Assembly (NCBI RefSeq): GCF_963921235.1
Contig: NC_086097.1
Location: 225,992,001 to 226,056,000, forward strand
Source: Mobula hypostoma
Lineage: Eukaryota
DNA: 64,000 nucleotides
Reading direction: 5' to 3'
Shown: one piece after another, positions 33,988-47,759 of the stretch
Layout: each line of letters opens with the position of its first letter
How positions within the stretch are numbered: the first letter of the stretch is position 1
Made by a program: the position numbers and the translations under genes
Notes under the pieces: generated by a model
Seen by the model: only the letters and a program-made list of their open reading frames with translations
Databases searched by the model: none
What the model was told of the DNA's origin: nothing

Positions 33988-36384
33988 TCTTAAATACGCT
34001 GGAACAGCTTTTGGATGTCTCTGAATAAGAGTTTTTCATGATCGTGACATCCAAACGGACACTAAAATGTTAGTGTACAAAGCAGTGGTGATCCCAACGC
34101 TCCTGTAGGTATCAGAAACCTGGACAACATCTGAAGGCACTTGAAAAGTTCCATCAACACTGTCTTTGAAACATCTTACATATCAGCTGGGAGGATAGAA
34201 GAACCAAAGTTAGTGTGCTAAATGAAGCTAAAACAACAAGCGTTGAAGCCTATGTCATTAAGAACCGACCAAGATGGAGCGGTCATGCTGTTCGGATGAA
34301 AGACAAATGTCTGCCGAAACAAATCTTCTGCTCCCAGCTTAAAGAAGGCAACCATAAAAGAGGTGGACAACAGAAGAGATCCAAAGATGTCTTAAAAGCC
34401 AACATGAAGGAATGTAACATCGACATCAACAATTGGGAAACCAATGCCAAGGACAGGAAACTCTGGCAAGCCGTCATCCGAGAAGGAACAGCAACTTTCG
34501 AAGCCAACAGATGTGCAGAATTAGAAGAAAAGAGGAAAAAAATGGAAAGAGAGGCAACAACAACCAAAGCCCGATCTGCCATCTGGAACTACCTGTCCTG
34601 AATGCGGAAGAACTTTCAAAGCCAAGATTGGACTCATAAGCCACTTGGGAGCCCATAAGTAGATCAACAGAACGAAGACCATCATCCTCGACCTCGAGGG
34701 ATAGCCACAACGACGATGAAGGCTGTCCTATTTTAACTACTGGGATCCTTTTGCTGAGGTTAGTCTTATACTGATATTGCAAAAGCATTTCAAAGGTTTG
34801 AACCTAACCCTGAAAAGACAAAGTCAGGACAACAGACACTTTAGAAGGTACCTGCAGGAGGTGATGTTCCTATACGCCAGCGGCCTTTCTTCTTCCTGGA
34901 GTTCAAGGATGTGAGTTTTGGAGATGCTGATGGAATAACCTGGATACGTAATGGAAATGCACCTTATGGATAGTATATTCTGGACATATAGTCTAATGAA
35001 ACTGGGAAAAATTATTGTGGTGGATGGTGTGCAATCAAGCAGATTACCTTCTTCTAGATGGAGATTTATGAATTTGATCAGAACCACATAACCAGACAAA
35101 TGGAGAGTATTCATGCATTTTCAGATCTGGATTACAAGATTTATCACAGGCAAGCATTATTGCATTAAACTTGGTTTAACAAAGCATTTCAAAGTGTCAT
35201 TTTTAAATATACTTGCTACATCTCTGATTATACACTGCACAGTTACTTTAACTGAGTTTGTGATTATTATGTGAATACAGAGCAATTAGTTTCTAGCCTA
35301 TCATCTTTACAACCAGGGATTTTAGAAACTGTTTTGCACTCTGGAACGTGCTTCCATCTCTCTAGTCTGTATTCCTAGACCCAGAATGTTCATCTAAGCA
35401 TCTTCTCCCAAACCCTGGCTGCAGCCTTTGTAACCGAATAAATGGAGGATCTGCACTTTTTTCAGAATTCTAGATCTTTGTTCTGGTGTGTCCAATATTG
35501 GCTCCTCTGGAAGATGGAGAAAAATGGTTTAAATGAACTGCAAATTCACATATCAGTAATAAAAACTATTAAGGAAAATCTTCCCTACCCTTTTCTCCCT
35601 CCCCCCCCCCATACATACACAGCATATAGAGCTCCTTTCTTTCTTTATTTTTTGCCTTATGTGTAGCAGTTTCCAATTCAGCTCTTAACAAGGCAGAAAT
35701 ATTGAATATCTGGAGCAATATGGTTGGAGTTATTTTTTCTGGACATAGTAACTATTAGATCTTCTGTCAGAATTTAGGAGAAACGTTGAAAAACTAAGAA
35801 ATGTTAATGATGCCGCATCTTTGACAAAAACATTGAGCTGAGAGTGAATTAATGGTCTACCTTTTTATCAATATCTTCATGTTCCTCTGACATCACATCG
35901 AAGGTATTGAGGGGGACAATCATTAATGTCACAAATCACAAATTGAATGCTGTTGAATAACAGGAACCTAATTTTTTTCCTGTATTTTACTAGGTACATT
36001 TATGTTTGGCTCCAGTACTTCTCACACGCGAAAAAAGCATGGCACGGATTCCTTATTAGCTGACCTTTTGCTGCTTGTAGTTGATTTGCCAGTGCAAGAG
36101 AAGTGTTAATTACTACTGGATGCACTACCAAGACATGTCCAGAATCACATCTTGATAATTTTGCTTTCAATATGGGATGCCGTGAGTGATTTGAGAGGTC
36201 TGTCTAGATAGGATAGTATGGTGTTGTCCCGAGGAATTGTTTCAGCACCCATCCTTAGTTTTGATGTCCCTTTGGTGCTGAGAACTCACGTAGCATTTCC
36301 AATAATCTGTGACAAAAATCAAGCCATGCATTATAGCTCCTTATATTTGACTCTCCAGCATATTGAGAGATAGTTATACATTCC

Positions 36385-37207
36385 ATGTATGTTTTTAGTC
36401 TTCCTTTGCTGCAGCCCGTCCACCTCAAGGTTTGATGTGTTGTGTGTCCAGAGATGCTCTCTGCACACCATTGTCATAACGCAGTTATCTGAGTTATTCT
36501 CACCTTCCTGTTAGCTTGAAACTGTCTGACCATTCTCTTCTGACCTCTCTCATTGTCAAGCCATGGAACTGTTGCCTACTGGATGTTTTTTCTTCAAACT
36601 ATTCTCTGTAAACTCTAGCCCCTTACCTCTTCTCACCTGCCCATCACTCCCCTCTGGGCCCCCTTCTCCTTCCCTTACACCTATAGTACACTCTTCTTTT
36701 CTATCAGATTCCTTTTCTTCTACAGCCCTTTATTTTTCCTACCCACCTGACTTCCCCTATCACCTTCCAGCTAGACTCCCTCAGTTCCCCCCACCTTTTT
36801 ATTCTGGCATCTTCTCCCTTCCTTTCCAGTCCCGAAGAAGAGTCCTGGCCTGAAACATTCATTTCCATAGATGCTGCCTGATTTGCTGAGTTCTTCCAAC
36901 ATTTTGGCTGTGTTGCTTTGAATTTCCAGCATCTGCAGGATTTCTTGTGTTTATAACTCTAGAGGTTGTTGTGCGTGAAAATCCCAGAAGATTAGCAGTT
37001 TCTGAGACACTCAAACGTCCTGTCTGAACATGGTCAAAGTCACTTACGTTGCATTTCTTCCCCAGTATGATGTTTGGTGTGAACAACAAATGACCTCTTG
37101 ACTGTGTCTACTTGCTTTTATGCATTGAGTTGCTGCCACTTGATTGGCTGATTAGATATTTGTAATAACGAGGTGTACGGGTGTACCTAATAAAGTAACC
37201 ACTGAGT
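36385..37207 (-). mobile_element. Tc1-derived non-autonomous DNA transposon (transposase N-terminal HTH remnant)
   Basis: GKKCNVSDFD...LSVSETANLLGFSRTTTSRV in ORF 36859..37089; TIR-like GTACCTAATAAAGTAACCACTGAGT at the right end. Confidence 0.75.
36619..36954 (+). mobile_element. Older PLE 3' UTR insertion within the Tc1 element
   Basis: TSD AACTCTAG (36611-36618 / 36955-36962). Pyrimidine-rich UTR, decayed hammerhead CAGTCCCGAAGAAGAGTCCTGGCCTGAAAC, end ATCTGCAGGATTTCTTGTGTT. Confidence 0.8.
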
Positions 37208-38224
37208 CCATAAGGCTGCTCAGCTCATTCAGCAAAGTAAATTGGTCTGGCCTTTGGTCACCGGATACATTTTGCACTTATGCAAGATAGTCACCTTAAA
37301 CTGTTACTACTGTGCCCGGACAAAAGGAAAGAATTCAGTTGTATTCTTGGGGAATTTCGAAAATATCAACTTCTATTTCCAAAGAGTCTTTGATGTATCA
37401 AAGCATAAAAATGTATCTGGCACGGTTATTAATGTCAATGAACCTGCCTAGCAGCTTCTGTGCAAAACCATAATACATGCAGAGAATTGAGGGATTGAAA
37501 CTGCTGATCACATTCAGAGATCAGCTTCATACAAAATTCTACCACAAAGTATGTAAAGACATTGCTCTACCCAATAGCTTTTCCTGGCAATTGATTATTT
37601 ACATTGAGAGAATTGGTAATTATCAATCAAGAATGGAAATCCACTGTTTTTCCCTTCCTGAGGGTCAAGTGTAGTCAATGAATACTACTGACTCAGTAGA
37701 TGCAGTTCAGTGGGTAATCGGTGCTTGGACCACAGCAGAATCTGACCTGGTGAGGAGTTTGGTCCCAGTAAATCTTCTCATGTCTTGGTAATTGAGATTG
37801 TTTTATTTTAAATTGGCAAGGAGTTTTCAGCTTTGTTGAAGAAGTGATGGAACTTTTGCATGGCTTTCGGAGAAGCACAGGACAATTTCCTTGTGGAGGT
37901 CTGTAATCGCCCATACTCTTAATGATGACCACTTGTAATTCAGTGCAACTTATCATCCTCACATGCAGCCAAAATAGATCGTAACTTTCAGGACTACTTA
38001 CTGGCAGAGAGACTTAAAGCCTACCCCATAATAAATAGTGAAAGTAAAAAAACACAAACATTTCATGATTACTAAGAAACACTAACGGTTCAACTCTATT
38101 GTTAATCAACATGTTGGTCCTAAAATAATCAGTCAAGTGTGACAGTGGTGGTTTTAAGATGTTGGCTTGTCCTGAGTAGGTAAATTTAATTAAAAAAAGC
38201 TAATTTAACCACTGATCTTGTACT

Positions 38225-38293
38225 GTAACTTCGCTCACCTCAAAAGTGAAATGATTCCACAACCTATGGACTCTACAGCTCATGTTCTGAATA

Positions 38294-38331
<38 letters not shown>

Positions 38332-38505
38332 TACTACTACTACATGGTACTTGCATAGTTTGCCATCTTTTGCATATTTGTTGTCTGCCAGTGTCTGTGC
38401 ACAGTTTTCATCTTTGTTCTACTGTGAATGCTGTCAAGAAAATGAATCTCAGGGCGGTATATAGTGACATATATGTACTTTGGTAATAAATTTACTTTGA
38501 ACTTT
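38225..38505 (+). mobile_element. Rex1-type 3' UTR fragment containing a (TTA)n(CTA)n microsatellite (about 38292-38343)
   Basis: Homologous to 4240-4514; ends AATAAATTTACTTTGAACTTTG. Confidence 0.7.
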
Positions 38506-38795
38506 GTTGCTGTGATGCTGAATTACTTTAAATCAATATTTTCTGATAACTGTTTACCCGTTGCAGCAATTTAACTTGCATTGGAAAAAGTGTTTAATAA
38601 TGAAGGTTTCTTTTTCATTTTTTCTGTAGTTTCTTTCTTTCCTTTATGGATCATTTAAATTATGACTATGAAGTACAAAGCCAGTAGCGAAGAGGCTAGA
38701 TCATAGGACTTTGGCAATCCCAGTTAAAAGCAAAGAATACATAAAAAGTTGAAATATTTTGTTCCATGTTTCTTATTACCTCTGTGAAAAATCTC

Positions 38796-39340
38796 CATAA
38801 GACCATAAGATATAGGAGCAGAAATAGGCCATTCGGCCCATCGGGTCTACTCCACCATTCAATAATGGGTTGATCCAATTCTTCCAGTCGTCCCCACTCC
38901 CCTGCTTTCATCCTATACCCTTTGATGCCCTGGCTAATCAAGAACCTATCTATCTCTGTCTTAAATGCACCCAATAACCTGGCCTCCACAGCTGCTCGTG
39001 GCAACAAATTCCACAGATTTACCACCCTCTGGCTAAAGTAATTTCTCCGCATCTCCGTCCTAAGCGGATGTCCTTCGATCCTGAAGTCATGCCCTCTTGT
39101 CCTAGACTCCCCTACCATGGGAAATAACTTTGCCATATATAATATCTTTGCCAGTTCACGTCACATGCTGGTGATAATAAACCTGATTCTTATTCTGATT
39201 CTGATCTGTTCAGGCCTTTTAACATTCAGAATGTTTCAATGAGATCCCCCCCTCATTCTCTTGAACTCCAGGAAATACAGCCCAAGAGCTGCCAGGCGTT
39301 CCTCATACAGTAACCCTTTCATTCCTGGAATCATTCTCCT
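38796..39340 (-). mobile_element. CR1 3' fragment with a short inserted (CTGATT)n Rex1-type tail at about 39143-39203
   Basis: LFPMVGESRTRGH...RRNYFSQRVVNLWN; (CCATAAGA)n tail. Confidence 0.85.
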
Positions 39341-40348
39341 TGATGCATCACAGAATATATAACAATTCAACAGTTTTTTGGACACTATTACTGATGCTAG
39401 CCTTTTATCTGCTATTTCATCCCCCATATTGCCATTGTAGGGATTTAGCTTGTTCAAAGATTCATTACTCATTCCACCAAAATTATCACTGAGCAACCAT
39501 CCCCGGTTAGTGGAGTAAAAAGAACAACATTGTTAGACTGTAAAATGAGTAAACATTCCGCAGCTGATTCAGTGGTTTCCACCTTCTAGTGGTGCCAAAT
39601 TAAATTTCAATTATATCTTGTCAGAGTGGAGATCCATGTTAAAAAATAACAATTTTATGTAGATTTTTGCATATGTACAAGGTATCCTAAAGCTCTTCTG
39701 AGGTACTATCTTACTATTAGACATGTGCTTTAGTACTTTTTTTCTCTCAGACAGATACAACAATAATGTATAAAGATATACAAGATGCATAAGAGGATAA
39801 GAACAAAAGGTACAGAGCAGGAGAAGCCCTTGCCTGTTCATGCCAACTCCACTTTTCAATAATATCATGGCTCATTTTCTATCTCAATGTCACCTCCTCG
39901 TACTAATCTTTTATACTTTGATTCCTTGAGTTCCAATTTGATTTAATTTTGAATATTAATTTGGAATATATATTTACCAAGACAACCAAATGTTATCTAT
40001 GCTCAAACTCAGGTGATGCAACAGAAGCCTTTAAGTTGCTCCAAGTAAGCAGACTTATTTTTGTGAGTTATCTGAAATGATCTTCTTCTGACATTATGAC
40101 AGCTCCTTTGGTGCTTCACTGAAGGATCACTTTCTAGTTCCTTGGAGTGAGTTCAGAAATGCATTAAGTCATTCCAGTTGCGATTATAATAATTAAACTA
40201 ATATATCTGATGAAGATTAGGTTTTTAAGATCATTGGTCCCACTTTTTCTGGATCTTTTCCTCACGATAACAAAACATTTGATATTATTTTGTTAGCGGG
40301 GAAGAATGACAGTGTCTGTAAGAGTTGTGCTGCTCTTTATTTCAACAG

Positions 40349-40470
40349 GCTAAGTAGGAATAAAAGCAGTTTGTTTGCTGAACCAGCTGGCAACGGGTAA
40401 AATGGCTTCCCACTTCTCTTGGCAGAGAGATCATCTATCCCTCACCCTCGCCAAGCTATTCATGCATAAG
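40349..40470 (+). other. Candidate host exon (5' UTR plus start, MASHFSWQRDHLSLTLAKLFMHK)
   Basis: Acceptor CTCTTTATTTCAACAG|G, donor AAG|GTAAGA, ATG at 40402 in AAAATGG context, in TE-poor DNA. Peptide not recognised. Confidence 0.3.
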
Positions 40471-41644
40471 GTAAGATTGCTACTTGCCACCCCTCCCTCC
40501 CACATAAGTTAGGCTGACTGAACCACTAATCACTTCCTTCTACAACTTTGTGGGATATATTTTATAGGTTTTTGTTTGATGATCCTGCCAAATCAGACAA
40601 TTCTGAGTCTTTAATCAAAGAATTCTACCATTGTAAAAACTAAATTAACTCAGAAAGCTTTCGGGGGTGAAACCTGATCGCTTTTCTTATATTTTTCAAT
40701 AAATTGCATATTTGAGATTTTGATTGTGAGATAGGAGAATCAGAAAAACTTCCATCAGTGTATGTGTTGCTCTCACCATGGCAAGTCATTCATATCTATA
40801 CCTTAGACTATGGAGGCTCCAGAAAAAGTTAGTTTTCTCATTAAACTTCATATAACCCCCAGACCAAAATTTCCTCCTCCCTAGTTAATGCAGTTTTTCC
40901 TACATTGATACAGTGAAGATGACTCGAACATCCTGGCAGGGAATTTAGACCTCTTATCTTAAAGAAGCTAAATCTCTATAAATTGTCCTCATAAAAACTT
41001 GCATAATGATTTGGGACTGAAATTTCGTTTATCCTCCCATAATTATTTACTGACATCAAACGAGTTCTATTTATGTCCATACATAATTCATATTTTTATT
41101 GATTCTCTGTAAAGAAAATGCTTGACAGAATAATGCACTTGCTTTTAGCAGTTCTTGAGAGAACCGATCTGGATTTACAAACAACATATATAATATCATT
41201 TGCAAATTATTGCAACAAATCTACATTATTAGCATTGATGATTGAACTCACAGCTCTTGTTCAAAAATATCTATGACAGAGGATGTTCTTATTTGTTTAT
41301 TCTGTTTCTGCTCTGTTGAGCTGAGAGATAAGCAATACCAGGAAGGTGAAAGATAGTAGGCATCCTACAAATTGCTGATCTAATTTCGTGTATTTTCAAT
41401 AGCATTTTCAACATTATTCGTTAATATAGGTTCATTCTTTATAAACATTGATTTGCATTAAAAGGAGATGATTAGATTAAAGGTTGCTGAGAAATTAAAC
41501 TATGTTCATTTTGTAGATAATTGGATGCTGAATTGCTAAGTTGGAAGTCAAACAAATGAATTATGAGATAGGGAAACTCTTGGTTTCTGAAAGTGCCATT
41601 GTGCCTTGTCCCCCTTCGAGCACACCACTGTGCTTTTCATAGCC

Positions 41645-42270
41645 ACTGTCTCTTGGTCAATGGTGGAAAGGGTAAGCAGCTTCAAGTTACTGGATGTCAA
41701 TATTTTGAGGACTTATGCAGGGCCCAGTCCATGAAGAAGGCCTGGGGCTCAACTTTGTTTGGAGTTTGAGGAGATTCACAATGTCATCAAAGACAATACA
41801 TCAATATTTCTATTGATGTATAGTGGAGAGGCTTCTGTCTGGTTGATCACAGCCTGATTTGGAAGCGTCAATACACAGGATCACAAGAGGTAGCAGAGGA
41901 TTGTAGCTTCAGCCAGTTCCATCAGTACACAACCACCCCCCATCACAGAGGGCATCTTCATGAGGAGGTGCCTCAAGAAGGAAACATTCTTCACTGAGGA
42001 CACTTATCATCCGGGGCATGCACTCTTCTCATTGAGAAGGAGGGACAAGAGCCTGAAGCCCACACTCAGTAATTTAGAAATTGCTTCTTCTTCTCATCCA
42101 GCAGATTTCTGAACCTATGACCATTACTTCATTATTCCTTCTTGTAATGGTCATGGGTTCCAAAATCTGATGGTTGACAAGAAGAAGGTATTTAGTTTTG
42201 TGAATTATAATAACTTCATGTCTTTGTATTGTACTGCTGGAGCAAAACAGCTAATTGCATGTCATATAGT
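41645..42270 (+). mobile_element. Old Rex1/Babar 3' fragment
   Basis: GTGGAAAGGGTAAGCAGCTTCAAGTTACTGG (VERVSSFKLLG), CATCCGGGGCATGCACTCTTCTC (HPGHALFS). Confidence 0.7.
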
Positions 42271-42289
42271 TAGCAAATTAAAATAATTA

Positions 42290-42525
42290 TTTACTTATTT
42301 AGAAATACAGTATGGTAGAAGACCTTTCTAACTCAGTGAGCCCGCACTACCCAATTACACCCATGTGACCAATTAACCTATTAAACTATATGTCTTAGAA
42401 ATGTAGGAGAAATCCAGAGCACTGGAGGAAACCAACATGTTCACTGGGAGAACTTACATACAGTGCCGGGGATTGAATCTGGGTCACTGGCAAAGTATAG
42501 CTCTATGCCAAGTGCTCTACTACCA
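42290..42525 (-). mobile_element. V-SINE-like SINE
   Basis: Reverse of the V-domain: ACCAATTAACCTA...ATGTAGGAGAAATCCAGAGCACTGGAGGAAACC...GGGAGAAC; B-box-like GGGATTGAATC. Confidence 0.7.
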
Positions 42526-44057
42526 TAAACTAGAATCAGAAAATCTGATTCAAATTTGGATTGTTGGATAGGCATTAGCTACATCAGTAACATGCTGTCT
42601 TCCGAGAACTGCAGTAGGACTTTTAAAGAGATCTCTCCATGGAAACTTGGGATGAGGAGGTGGTGTAATGACAGAAGTCTCTCCTCCTCCCAACAGAGTG
42701 AGCTGATAGTGCCTCCTGATACTGAGTGGCCCTGAGCTCTCACACTACAGTGACGCACATGGGATCCACCAATCAAGATATAAGCCTCGATCTTTATGGA
42801 AGCTTCTTGTTGCTAAATAATTTCTTCTAAAAGAAGTATGGAAGGACCTTTTCAGACAGAACAATGATATCCTCAGAGGTGGGGAAATCATTTTAAATCA
42901 GTCATAGTTCAGTAGCTTTAGCTTGATATACTCCCTTTATTTTGAGTTAATTACAAAGGTTGAAGGTCGTGACCTCGATCCAATTTCTATCATCAAGTAC
43001 CTCAAATACATCTCACACGTTGATGACATCATGTTGTCCCAAAGAAAATGCAGTGGACAAGTGAAAATTGTATGTGGATGAATAATGTCTGTGAGAAATC
43101 ATGATTTGATGAGAAAAGATGAGTTATAATATTATCACAGTCTGTTAACACATCTGCAGCTTTCTTTAATCACTGTATTTCAGCAAAGGAATAACTATCA
43201 GCTAATAGCAAATAGCATTCATTAATTCAACTAGCTGCAGCTTTTGATACTGATAAACCCAAGAAAGATAATTCAACTCCTCATTTTACATAAATCCCAT
43301 CTCAAACTTTAGTCAATGCCAAATTATTGCATTAATCAGTGTATTTTTAAATAACTTTTATTCAATTTGTTATGCTTAAAAACCAGATGTAAAATAGTTT
43401 CACAATGGGAGGAATGGGAGTACTTTTTAGCTTTCAGTCTCTACCTTACCAATGTTAGAAAGGAGTATTTATCGTTATTCAACAATGTGTTATTCCTTAC
43501 ACACCTGTTTCACATTGAATATGCAACATCCTCCAGCCAAGAATCTCTCAGGATTTCAGTAATATAATTGGAATGGGGAATTTCAATTCTAACACCAAGA
43601 TTTGTGTGCCAATCTAATGGCCAATGTGGTGCTCGCTGGTGATCTTCCAGTATTTTGGCTGGAGACAAAAATTTGCATCTTTATTATTTGTGAATCTGTG
43701 AAGCATTTCATTCTTGCGAGAAGAGGTGCAGACCAACACGAACCAAGACCAACAGTCAAACCAATGAGGAATAAAGCAAGTTTTGAGAAAACTATGGATG
43801 CAATATAATACTTTTATTAAAAGTTAGTTCTACATTAATGAAACACTTTTGATATTACTAAGGAACAGAACTAATCCCCTCAGGGAGAAAGGAAGAAAAT
43901 TATGTTGCTCAAAATATAAGTGAGTCTGGATCTAAACTTATTGTCAAATATTACAAGTAAATGGAACAATAGATGATGTGTTAGAACATTATACATGTCT
44001 AAGTAATGGATAACATATGTACTTACATAATTACAAAAAATTCACATAACCTTCTAT

Positions 44058-44692
44058 ATCAAAGTTCAACATTCAAAGTAAATTTGTTATCAAAGTACAT
44101 ATGTCACCATATACAACCCTGAGATTCATTTCCTTGCAGGCATACTCAATAAATCCATAGAATAAAAACTATAACAGAATAAAAGAAAGACCACACCAAC
44201 TTGGGTGTTCAACCAGTATGCAAAAGACAACAAACTGTGCAAATACAAAGAGACAGAAATAACAATAATAAATAAATAAACAAACAATAAATAAATATTG
44301 TGAACATGAGATGAAAAGTTCTTGAAAGTGAATCCACTGGTTGTAGGAACATTTCAATGATGGGGCAAGTGAAGTTGTGTGAATTACTCCTCTGGTTCAA
44401 GAGCCTAAGCTTAAGGGGTAGTAACTATTCCTGAACCTAGTGGTGTGGGTCCTGAGGCTCCTGTACCTTCTTCCTGATGGCAGCAGTAAGACGAGAGCAT
44501 GGACAGGCTGGTCTGGATCCCTGATGGTGGATCCCGCTTTCTTGCGATAGCATTTCATGAAGATGTGCTCAATGGGTGGGGCGGGGGAGCTTTACCCATG
44601 ATGGATTGGGCTGCATCTACTACTTTTTGTATGATTTTCCATACCAGGCTGTGATGAAGCCAGTCAATATACTCACCAGCGCACATCTATCG
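44058..44692 (-). mobile_element. Rex1/Babar 3' end with (TTTGAAC)-type tail
   Basis: Reverse complement of the 4010-4514 sequence type. Confidence 0.8.
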
Positions 44693-47600
44693 AAGCCCTA
44701 AGTATATTGGAATGTATTGAATGTTGATGACTATAGTAATTAATGGTCTGAATTTTGCAAGAAAATGGCATTTTCCCATGTAGGTGCTGGTAGTCTTTGT
44801 GAAACCCATACATGGATATATCAAACCTCCTGAAGGATATTCATCTGGGAATCTCCAGTTGCATTCCAGCACTGAACTCCTCATAAAATCCTATGCGGGA
44901 GTATGAAATTGCAGCAATTTTCTACCATTGATAATGGGAAATCCATATGGGCAACTTACCCCAGTGAGACCTAGTGCTGGAATTCCAACTTCACTCATTT
45001 GAAAGGAGAGGATATGTAGCCAGATAGGCAAGTTTGGTTAATTTTTGAGGTATAATAGTGTATCAAATAACTTTAATTGTTTTCAAATGTGTTATAATGC
45101 ATTTAAATGCTTTGGCTTTCTCAGTTTATCTAAATTCCAAATAATCTTTTACTTTTAACTTGCTTGAAAATATTTTAATAGTTTCTAAGTATTATTGAAT
45201 ATTTCAGAATTTCAGAAAAATTTGACCAATTTTGAGGCTTTGGCTGCCAGCCAAAGCAGACTGGATGACATGGCTGATTGTCAAAATTTTCAAGTTGTTT
45301 CATTTGAAGGAGCCTGCTTTGTTTCCTCACATGATGGGATTTACAGCATGCAGACAAAGCTTCACTGGTGAGCCTTGAGCTGCCTCTGTCCAACAAATTG
45401 TCATTAGGAGATCTACATATGGTAAGCGGAATCTCTTTTTTAAGTCAATAATCATCTCCGACTGTATTTTCAGAGCTTTTGTTGCACAATTTAAACAGTG
45501 ATCGCTGATGAGGTTAATATGGTAGCCTTTGAGTCTGGCCATACAACTGTGTTTAATTAGCTTACAGAGGCAAAACAAAACCATTGTTGAAGTATAGAAT
45601 GTTAATGGTCACGGCCTGGAAATGACCATGGCTGATAATATCACATGAATAGCTATCAAATTTTCCTCTGCACTTTTTTAATGAGGGCATTAACCCACTC
45701 CTTTTAAACAGTAACAGGAGTTTCTTATCTAGTTGGATTACCATATTTGGCCCATTTATGTCATCAAGCCAATATCAGTTTTGTCAGTATTTCATGCTCA
45801 ACCACAAAATTGTTCAAAGATGCAAATACACATTGTGTTATCAATCATTATTCACTGTGACCATTTAATTTTCAAAAGGCTGCTTGAGACTCATGTAATC
45901 TATGGTCAGCATTGTCAAATGTTCAATCTGGTATAAAAAAATTCAACAACAATTTACATTTAAATAACATCTTGAATGTATTAAAATCTCTGAAGTTCCT
46001 ATATGAAGAAATATTGCAAAACAAGATTTTACATAGACCACAGTCAGGAATGTTACAATAGTCTAACAGGTTGTTGTGCCTCCACTCAGCCAGATGTCCT
46101 AACTCACCCTGACAAACTGACTCTTTGCCACCTGTGCTTCGTGTAACAACTGTAATGTCTCAGTGAATTTGAAAATAGCATTGGAGCTGATAAGTCATGA
46201 GAGTAGAGGGCTAAGCACGCAGTCAAGTGGTTCAAGTTTAACTTAAACTTGACAATTAAACAATAAAAACAAGTTGAAAAAATATTGACATTAATAGTGC
46301 CCTAATTATGTTACCCAGTGAACCATTTTGAATCAACAAATTCATGCTGCGATGGAACCAAACAGTATGAAGTAGAGTCACTCTAATCTTACATGCACAT
46401 GTTCATTATAGCTGTCCAATCTGTAAAACCTGTAAATCATATTAAGTGACCTCTACAGCATGACAGATTAGTTTAATAGATGAAGGATTAGATTACAGGC
46501 TCTTCTTAATCAAAATGATTAAAAAACAGATCTCGGAATAAATTCTTAACTGTTATTGAAGGCTTCTACAGCTGTCAGGAAATTTAAGTCTTTGTCTTCT
46601 CTCTTCCTTTAACTTGTGCAATCAGTGTTACCCCAAATCAAACAAGTGAAACGTTAAGCAGCTAAAGAAATAGAATTATGTTGAGCGATCACTCTTATTT
46701 TTCTACCAATGGTAATTTAGTCATCTGTTGCCACCACAGTTCTGAACACTGAACTCGCTGTCTGAATCAGAAAATCAATCTTAGAACCTTCTGACTCTAA
46801 CCATCTTGTTAAAACAATGGTTTTCAATGAGACTGGGGAGAAGCAAAACTTGAGAGCTAAAAGTATTTTCACCTAAGCCTTTCTCAGTCTGGTAATATAG
46901 CATAAGGGTGCCTACTTAGCTGTTATAGTTGTAAGGATTAAAGTAGCACACCATCTGCATAAGAGATGAGTCAACATTTGATGAAAAGTCCTTGCAATTA
47001 AAGAAAGATCATCTCATCTTGAATCACAAGAAAACCATTGTTTTCTTTTAACTGTAATTTGCATGAAAGGACATTCCTTTACTAAAAATATCAAATTATT
47101 GGTAACCTCAAGAAAACACAACTTCTTCTCAGTTCTACCTTTGTGATGTCCATTACCTATCATTTGAGTGAACTTTGGATAGGTACGTGGATGGTAGGGT
47201 TATGGAATGCTAAGAACCCAATGCAGGCCGATGGGAGTTGGCAGTTTATATGGTTTGGCATGGACTAGCTGGGCCAAAGGGCCTGTTTCTGTGCTGTCCT
47301 TTTCCATGACTCTAATAAATTCTGAGATGTATTGGATAATCTGGAAGAGCATTTCAATGGTCATACTTCTAATTGTTCATGAAAGCCTTCCATCAAAGCC
47401 TTCTGAAATCTTCTAAAATGCACTTTGTTTCTGATATGTGTATTTCACATGTTAACGACCAATATCCCAATATCCTCTGAGTGAAGGAGGTATGGAAGAT
47501 TCTCATCACAGTGATGCCTGTGGAGATACTATCCGGGATGGAAGACAGCTTCACCCAAGTCGGTTGGCATCACTGATCTGCTGCGACTGCGACAATGGAA

Positions 47601-47759
47601 CAGAATGTTCAGTTTTTTTATAAAAATGAACATTGTGAACAAGAATACTGCAAAGCAGCAAGAGGACAGTAAACAAGAAAATCACAAATGTGATTAACAA
47701 TTGATTTAAGAAATAACAATTGTCACTATGTGTTGCAAACCCTTCAACCTGTAACCCTT

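Larger units (their letters stand above)
31711..34716 (+). mobile_element. RTE-clade LINE composite: duplicated 5' UTR, captured CR1 fragment, then RTE with RT deleted
   Basis: 12-bp TSD TGAAGGCTGTCC (31699-31710 / 34717-34728). 5' UTR copies at 31712-31930 and 32251-32469. APE domain 32934-33731. C-terminal C2H2 finger CPECGRTFKAKIGLISHLGAH near 34593-34657. Tail CCACAACGACGA. Confidence 0.87.

Noticed and set aside
44784..44906. Possible terminal exon (VLVVFVKPIHG...)
   Set aside because: Only a weak acceptor and an unrecognised peptide; compatible with chance.
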